Part shown: positions 43,764 to 64,000 of the stretch, one piece after another
Layout: each line of letters starts with the position of its first letter
Position numbering within the stretch: position 1 is the first letter of the stretch
Origin: the human T2T-CHM13v2.0 reference genome, Homo sapiens
Strand: one strand, 5' to 3'
Length of the DNA: 64,000 nucleotides
NCBI RefSeq assembly: GCF_009914755.1
Contig: NC_060938.1
Position numbers and translations under genes: made by a program
The notes under the pieces: generated by a model
The model's input: the letters and a program-made list of their open reading frames with translations, nothing else
Told to the model about the DNA's origin: nothing
Database searches by the model: none

Positions 43764-45030
43764 GAATTTAATAAATCAAGTTAAACAAATTATCTTTGTA
43801 ATACTGTACCCTTCCATGAAAGGAAAATGGTATGCTTCTAACTTGAGTTTTCTTTAATGTCCTAAAGTACATTTTTATAGTTTTTATTTTGTGTTTTTAA
43901 TATAATGTTTGGTATAGTCAATCTTCTTAATCTGCCATTTCTATGGCAGAGTACCCAGTGAAACATCTTGTTTGGTGTGTCAGTCACCCCCTGCTGCAGA
44001 GTTCCCTGTCACACAAATACATGCAAAAGGGTAATAAATAAATGGGAAACAAAGTATAGTTTTAGTAATCAACATGCAAGATTCTAACAAAAGCTGGAGA
44101 TAACTGCTTATGCCAGATAATTTAAGTAAGAGAAAGTAAGTAGAAGAGGTGGTAAGAAAGATATATCAGATGAGCACTGACCCCAAACCACTAAGATGAT
44201 ATGGTCCAAAGAATGTCAGAATGACTAATTCAATTATCCAACTCTGCTCAGCTGGAAGAGGAAAGAAGGGAATAAAGATGTTAGATCCTTTACCAGGACT
44301 TCCATGCACGGGGAGAGAAGTTGAAAGTCAAAACTGTAACAGGAATAAATACAAAAATTCTTTCCAAACATACCTAATATTCTTTGGCCCTAGAGTCACT
44401 GAATTCACATTTAAACTAATCTATATTTCATTTTGATTACATTAATGGAGCTCTGAAGGAATGAAACCTATTAAAGAAAAATTAAATTTATAAACAATTT
44501 AGGCAGTCATATATGTATTTATATATACACACATACAATGTATATATGAAATCCTTATACAGGTGTAAACATTCTTAATAAATTATAAGCAATAAAATAA
44601 AAAAAATTTAGTATGTTTGCTTTTTAAAATAAAACAAATTCATACTTTATCAAAATTTGTTCATTCTTCTCACAAATAATTCTGTTGGTACATAATTTTC
44701 TCTCATGCTAATTCAACAAACCCTGAGCTTTGTTTCTCCATCTATGGCTAAATACATATCACTCTAACCAAATAAAAAGGTTTAAAATAAGGGCCCTGCA
44801 TCTTGGTGTCTGGTTATTTGAAATCCGGTTTTCATTTTGAATAGTTTTGGTTAAGTGTATGTCATGGCAGAATGTCCCTTCATCTCCTTTGATCTGTGTT
44901 AAATTGATAAAAATACATGCTTACTCCTGTACAAACATCGAACAATGTAATTAAATCATCACTACTTGAAATACTTTTACATGAATAATTTATCTCTTTA
45001 CACTGTTGAAGCCTTGCATTTCAGTATGTT

Positions 45031-54231
<9,201 letters not shown>

Positions 54232-54382
54232 CTATTTTAAAAAACAATAGTTTTAAATACTTTTAGAATGCTAGGATGTTAGTATTCAGAAATTGTTTTA
54301 CAAGATTGGTTAAAAATATTAATGTAAACATTTATACTTTTTTCCCTGAAACAGTTTAAGAAAAAGTGAATTATAAGGTTGA

Positions 54383-56846
<2,464 letters not shown>

Positions 56847-57751
56847 ATTTACTTATTTATTTGACAAGTCTTGCTCTGTCGCCCAGGCTGCAGTGCACTG
56901 GCGAGATCATGGTTCATTGAAGCTTTAAATTCCTGGGTTCAAGCAATCCTCCCACCTCAGTCTCCCAAGTAGCTAGGACTACAGGCACATCACCATGCCT
57001 GGCTATTTTTTTTTTTTTTAAGAGATGGGATCTCACTCTGTTACCCAGGCTGGTCTCAAAGTCCTGACCTCAAGATATCCTCCTGGCTTGGCCTCCCAAA
57101 GCTGTGGGACTACAGGTGTGAGCCACTGCACCTGGCACAAGGCAACAGGATAAACAGGGAACTACTGCTTATAATTGATTTTCAGAAATCAAATCCTCTT
57201 CCTAATTACTCCTCGTCTCCCTTTTATCCCAATTTCAATCATTCTTCTCTCCTAGGTTATAAAACCTGGTATCACCTTTGATGTTTTTCCCTGAGTCATT
57301 TGCTTTCTGCTCTAAGTTCTATTGTTCCTTGCTTCAAAATGTCTCAGAATCATCCAGGCTTCCCAGTTCTCAGTGTCTTAGCTGATTATCACACTTTGCC
57401 TTAAATCATGAGATTGCTTTGCTCTTTCTTTGACAATCTCATTCAATCTTAAGGCTTGAAATAGTACCTCTATGCTGAACACATCCAAATCCTATGGATG
57501 ACTGATGGACTGTCCTCTACAATCCAGACCCCATACCTCTCTGGCTTCAACCTTCTGCAGATGCACTCTGCCCCGTCCCTTAAACATGCCAGGCACATTC
57601 CAGGGGCTTTTGCATCAACTCTTCCTCCAGATAGTCACACAACCAACTCCCTCACTTCCTTTGAGTCTACTCTCATGTCACCATCTTAGGCCCATTTTAA
57701 CCATCTTCTTTAAAAGTGCAACATCATACCCCTTTGGCAACTCTCTATCCT

Positions 57752-58205
<454 letters not shown>

Positions 58206-58982
58206 AGTCCCACTTCCTTGCTTAATCTGTCTCCACAGAACTTCTTTCACCATTTAATATACCATACATTTTACTATTTTATATTGCCCATGTGCCCCTT
58301 GTTCCCCTCTCTGCTAAAATAAAGCTCCAAAAAGGCAGGGATTTTTGTATATTCTGAAGGCTGTTTGTCTCCCACTAAGGAAACCATAGGGCTTATTATT
58401 TGCTAAACTTTCTTCTAAGGAACCATGCACTCTGCTTATGGTGCTGTGACTATTAAATCTGCGTTTCTAGTACAGACTTTATTGGGCATAGACATCTAGT
58501 GGTCCCACAGGACCTTCGAAGTATGCATATTCAAATGATATTCATTTTATTAATGTCTTCAGCCTGCTCTGCCTCCAAAATTTCCTAACTTCATTAATGG
58601 CACCACCATTCACCTAGTTACTCCAACCAGAAAACTTCCATTTTCTTCACCCCTGTGCTCCCAACCCCCCATACACTGTAGTCCGGTGGAGCCTATCTTT
58701 TACAAGCTTTTCAAAATTCATCGTCTCTCTCTACCCTTACTTCTTAAGTAAAGCCTTATCATTTCTCTCCTGGTTTTTAGCTATAGCTTTCCAACTGGTC
58801 TTGTCTCATTTTTTCCTACTTTGTGTCATCTTCTATATTTCTGGTAGTGTAACTTCTACTAAAGTAAATTTCTAAAAAAAATCATGTTATTCTCGGCCGG
58901 GCATGATGGCTCACGCCTCCTAGCATTTTGGGAGGCCGAGGCAGGCGGATTACCTGAGGTCAGGAGTTCGAGACCAGCTTTA

Positions 58983-59456
<474 letters not shown>

Positions 59457-59728
59457 TCAGTGAGCCAATATCTAGCCACTGCACTCTAGACCGGGCAACA
59501 GAGTGAGATCCTGTCTCAAAACAAACCAACAAACAAACAAAAAATAAAGTCCAAACTCCTTAGCATGGCATCATGGTATGTCCTTTCCTTAAAGACTCCT
59601 GGCTAGTTAACCAAATTCACAAACATCCTTCCCTTTTACCACTCTGAAATTTCTGCAGCAACTCCAGAGTGCCATGTTCTCTTCTGTCTCCCTGCCTTTT
59701 TATGTGCTATTCCCTAGACTTCACATTC

Positions 59729-60023
<295 letters not shown>

Positions 60024-60162
60024 ATTCACATTCTTTAAATTCTGCTCAAGTATTACATTCTCCCAGATGGCTTCCCTGAAACTTCCTTAGGCCCTATGCT
60101 GTCGTAAAATTCTGTACATACATCTATTACTGTACGTATCACTATCTTCAGTTTTTCTGCTA

Positions 60163-60330
<168 letters not shown>

Positions 60331-61059
60331 TTAGCTGGACATGGTAGCATGCCCATAGCCCTAGCTATTCGAGAGGCTGATGTGGGAGGATCACTTAAGC
60401 CCAGGAGGTCAAGGCTGCAGTGAGCCAAAGTCCCAACACTGCATTTCAGCCTGCATGACAGAGCAAGACATTGTCTCTCTCTCTCTCTCTCTGTTTTTTT
60501 TTGAGACTGAGTCTTGCTCTGTCACCCAGGTTGGAGTGCAGTGACACAATCTCGGCTCAATGCAACCTCCGCCTCCTGGGTTCAAGTGATTCTTCTGCCT
60601 CAGCCTCCCGAGTAGCTGGGACTACATGCGTGCACCACCACACCCAGCTATTTTTTGTATTTTTAGTAGAGACGGAGTTTCACCATGTTGGCCAGGCTGG
60701 CCTGGAACTCCTGTCCTTGTGACCTGCCTGCCTTGGCCTCCCAAAGTGCTAGGATTACAGGCCTGAGCCACCGTGTCCAGCCTCTTTTTTTTTTTATTTA
60801 AATAGAGACACTGTTTCACTATGTTGCCCAGGTTGGTCTCCAACTCCTGGGCTCAAGTAATTCTCCCACCTCAGCCTTCCAAAGTGCTGGGATTTACAGG
60901 TGTGAGCCACCACACTAACCCAGAGACTTGTCTCTTAAAAAAAAAAAAAACAAAAAAACAAGTTCAGCTAGAATAAGTGTCTGTAAATCATGATGCTCTT
61001 TTTGGAATAATCTGCTCTCTGTAGAATCACCTAGGAACATATTTATTAGCAGGAACTAT

Positions 61060-61729
61060 TGAAACCACCTTTGCAAAGATTGTAACAGTAAGAAAATCAT
61101 GACTGTAAAAGAGATCTCACCTAATCAACTCCATCTTGCCTTTAACCTCCAAGCTGCCCTTGGTCATTTCTGGATGCAGCCCAAGCTAACTTTGGGAGAA
61201 ATTTAGTTTATAGTGTAAGCTTAAAGCAAGAATGATAATAGCCCTTCCCGAAACTAAATCACCTTTGCAAAACTAATGAAAGACTATAAGGTTAGGCTTA
61301 TGAGAGGGGTCTGAATTCTGCTAAAATGTAGGTAGTTAAATGATAATCAGACATTATTCTGGAAGTCACAGATTTGTAACTTCCCCAATTACTCCTGTAA
61401 ATAATATCACTATTGTAGAACCTAAAAAAGGCCTTTTGAGATGTCTTTTCAGACTTTTGCATTTCGGATGACTCCAACTGGTCCTCTGGCCCCCACCTCT
61501 GTAACTGCATCCCCAACCAACCAGGAGCACCCATTCCCCAGCCCCCAGCCTACCAAACTATCCTTGATAAACCCTAGACTCTGCATGTTTGGGGAGGCTG
61601 ATTTGAGCAATAATAAAACTCTGCTCTCCCATTTAGCAGCTCTACATAAACTCCTTATTGCAATTCTCCTGTCTTGATAGATCAGCTCTACCTGGGCAGT
61701 GGGGAAGAAGAACCCACTGGGCAGTTACA
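61060..61729 (+). mobile_element. LTR8-family (ERV1) solo LTR, probably LTR8B/8A
   Basis: TGAAACCACCTTTGCAAA start, GGGCAGTTACA end, internal AATAAA at 61612-61617; near-TSD CTAT/ATAT. Confidence 0.8.
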
Positions 61730-62790
61730 ATATGCTTATATGCAGACACTTTCAAATCCTATGATCACATGAGCTTTTGAATTAAGCCCTACTACTTAAT
61801 TTTGCTACTTGTTCATGCACTTTTGAGTAGGCACCAAATTTTTAAGAAAAATTCAACTTGAGAACATTTTATCCATTAGCCTTTCAAAATCCATTCACCA
61901 TAAATTGAGAAATGCCCAATTAGTCCATTTTAAGAGAATTCCTCTTTAAGCATAGTTTGAAAAACCTTGATTTGGAGGGTTAGAACACTGTTTCTTTCTT
62001 TTATCTCACCTCAAGTCTTATGGAAGTTTATTTTGCTATACTGAAAATTTATAAAACTTTATTTCATTTAAAAAAACTTTCCATAACAAAAACAAAAAAA
62101 AAGACACATAATCCTGTCAGCGAGAAATGGATTTTATAGGTCTTTTCAGACATAAACAACATAGTTTTTACAGATCTTTTTATGTCTGAAAAAAATCTCT
62201 AAAAATCACCTCTGGATGACAGGATTATGTATCTTTTACATTTTTCATGATGAAAAATTTCAAGCACACTCAAAGTATGGACACTAATGTGAACCCTTAT
62301 ATACCCGTATTTCAGTATGGGTTCTGATTATGAAGACTACCACATAACTGTTATTTATATAATTTTTGCTTATTATGTACTTTCAATTTTCCCCCCCATC
62401 ATAAATACACTGCAGTAGAAAAAGAAAGTTATTTTTAGCTTAAATGATTCAAAACTATGAACTTCCTTTCTCTTGTATGTTAGTCCATCTCTTAAAATTA
62501 TCAGGCCTGAGTAGAACAGCTCTGTTCATTTTATTTAGGATTAACCCACGGGAAAAAAAAAAGATATTTTAAAAAGAAGAAAAAATATTATTCTAGACAA
62601 GAGTCAGAAAAGGGCCAGGCGCAGTGGCTTACGCTTGTAATCCCAGCACTTTGGGAGGCCAAGGCGGGCAGATCACCTGAGGTCAGAAGTTCAAGAACAG
62701 CCTGGTCAACAGGGTGAAACTCCGTCTCTACTAAAAATACAAAAAAATTAGTCAGGCATGGTGGCCGGCACCTGTAATTCCAGATACTCA

Positions 62791-63117
<327 letters not shown>

Positions 63118-64000
63118 CTATTATAGATGGGTCATTTGAATAAGAATAGAATTCGCTTCATTTCCAATAACCTTCCAAATGTATCCTGCCTATCCTTCTT
63201 GTGCAAACTGGCAGTACCTTTTTTTGGATGTCATACAGGCACCTCAAAAGTTCAACCTGCCCCGAAATAACTCATTATCTTACCTCCTTATTTTTTTCTT
63301 CTCCTTTATTTCCTTTTCTGATTAATAGTACCACCATCCAACCCAGCTGCTCAAGCTGAAAACCTGACGATAATTTTCAACTCCCACTCCCATCCTTAAA
63401 CAAGGCCTACAGAATTCCACTTTCTAACTTTCAAATCTGTTATCTCCTTTTCTCACTATCCCTGTCTTAATCCAGATCTTCATCTCCTCCTGCAGTGACT
63501 CCCGTAATAAAGGATTTTCCCCCTACAAGGATCTTCCCTCTCTAGCCCAAACACTGGATTACTTTTCTAAAATGCAAATGGTCCACATCATTCCCTTCCT
63601 TAAAAATATTCCCTCGAAAAGATCCGAATTCTTTAATTACACAAAGCTTTCTAACTTCACCTCTCAATTCTTCTCACTCTCTATTCAGTCTAGTCCAAAG
63701 AAATGCTTAAGTGTATTTAAATCCACCACTCTTTCATACCTCTACCACTTTATCTTTGCCTAGGATACATTTCCTATCCCCACTCTCCACTCATTTTTTA
63801 TCAATAGCATTAAAGAAAGGGCTCCTGACTTGAGCATGACTTTGGAGTATTTCTAAAATCCGTTACAACTCCATGATTCTACCAGCCAATACTCAGTGTT
63901 AACTATTCATTAAATCACTATTCCCTAAATACTGTGAGGCAGGAGTATTATTTTATTTAATTTATCTAGCAGTGTCAGCAGTGACAGGCCCACAATGATT

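Larger units (their letters stand above)
42490..45030 (-). other. TRAPPC6B: TRAPPC6B long 3' UTR (approximate end)
   Basis: Alu-free 2.5 kb after the stop codon; minus-strand AATAAA at 43883-43888, 43262-43267 and 42513-42518; L1/Alu sequence begins just beyond the last one. Confidence 0.6.

Overview
Primate DNA, most likely human, and very Alu-dense (about 90 Alu copies or fragments counted by eye). The gene content matches the GEMIN2-TRAPPC6B locus (human 14q21.1, from recall). The window holds the complete 10-exon GEMIN2 gene on + (CDS 8983/9016-31161; 843 nt spliced = 280 aa from the first ATG, or 269 aa from the Kozak-optimal second ATG). It also holds coding exons 2-6 and the ~2.5 kb 3' UTR of the convergent TRAPPC6B gene on -; exon 1 lies beyond the right edge. 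Three processed pseudogenes are present: PPIA (17-bp TSD), RPL7A (17-bp TSD, split by an Alu) and a full-length H3-3B/H3F3B retrocopy. Other elements include a full-length THE1 MaLR provirus with a 5-bp TSD, an LTR8-family solo LTR, and MLT1, MER4, Tigger, hAT, L1, L2 and MIR relics. Almost all ORFs in the supplied track are Alu artefacts. I see no evidence of a new protein-coding system. The most interesting unexplained structure is a set of fold-back/inverted duplications in GEMIN2 introns 7-8 around alternatively skippable exons. Also notable are an NRF1 palindrome overlapping the first GEMIN2 ATG, a DUX4 motif kept only in the THE1 5' LTR that points antisense into GEMIN2, candidate poison splice sites in both genes, and Alu pairs with triplicated TSDs. 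Repeat subfamily names and parent-gene comparisons come from memory and need RepeatMasker/BLAST confirmation.
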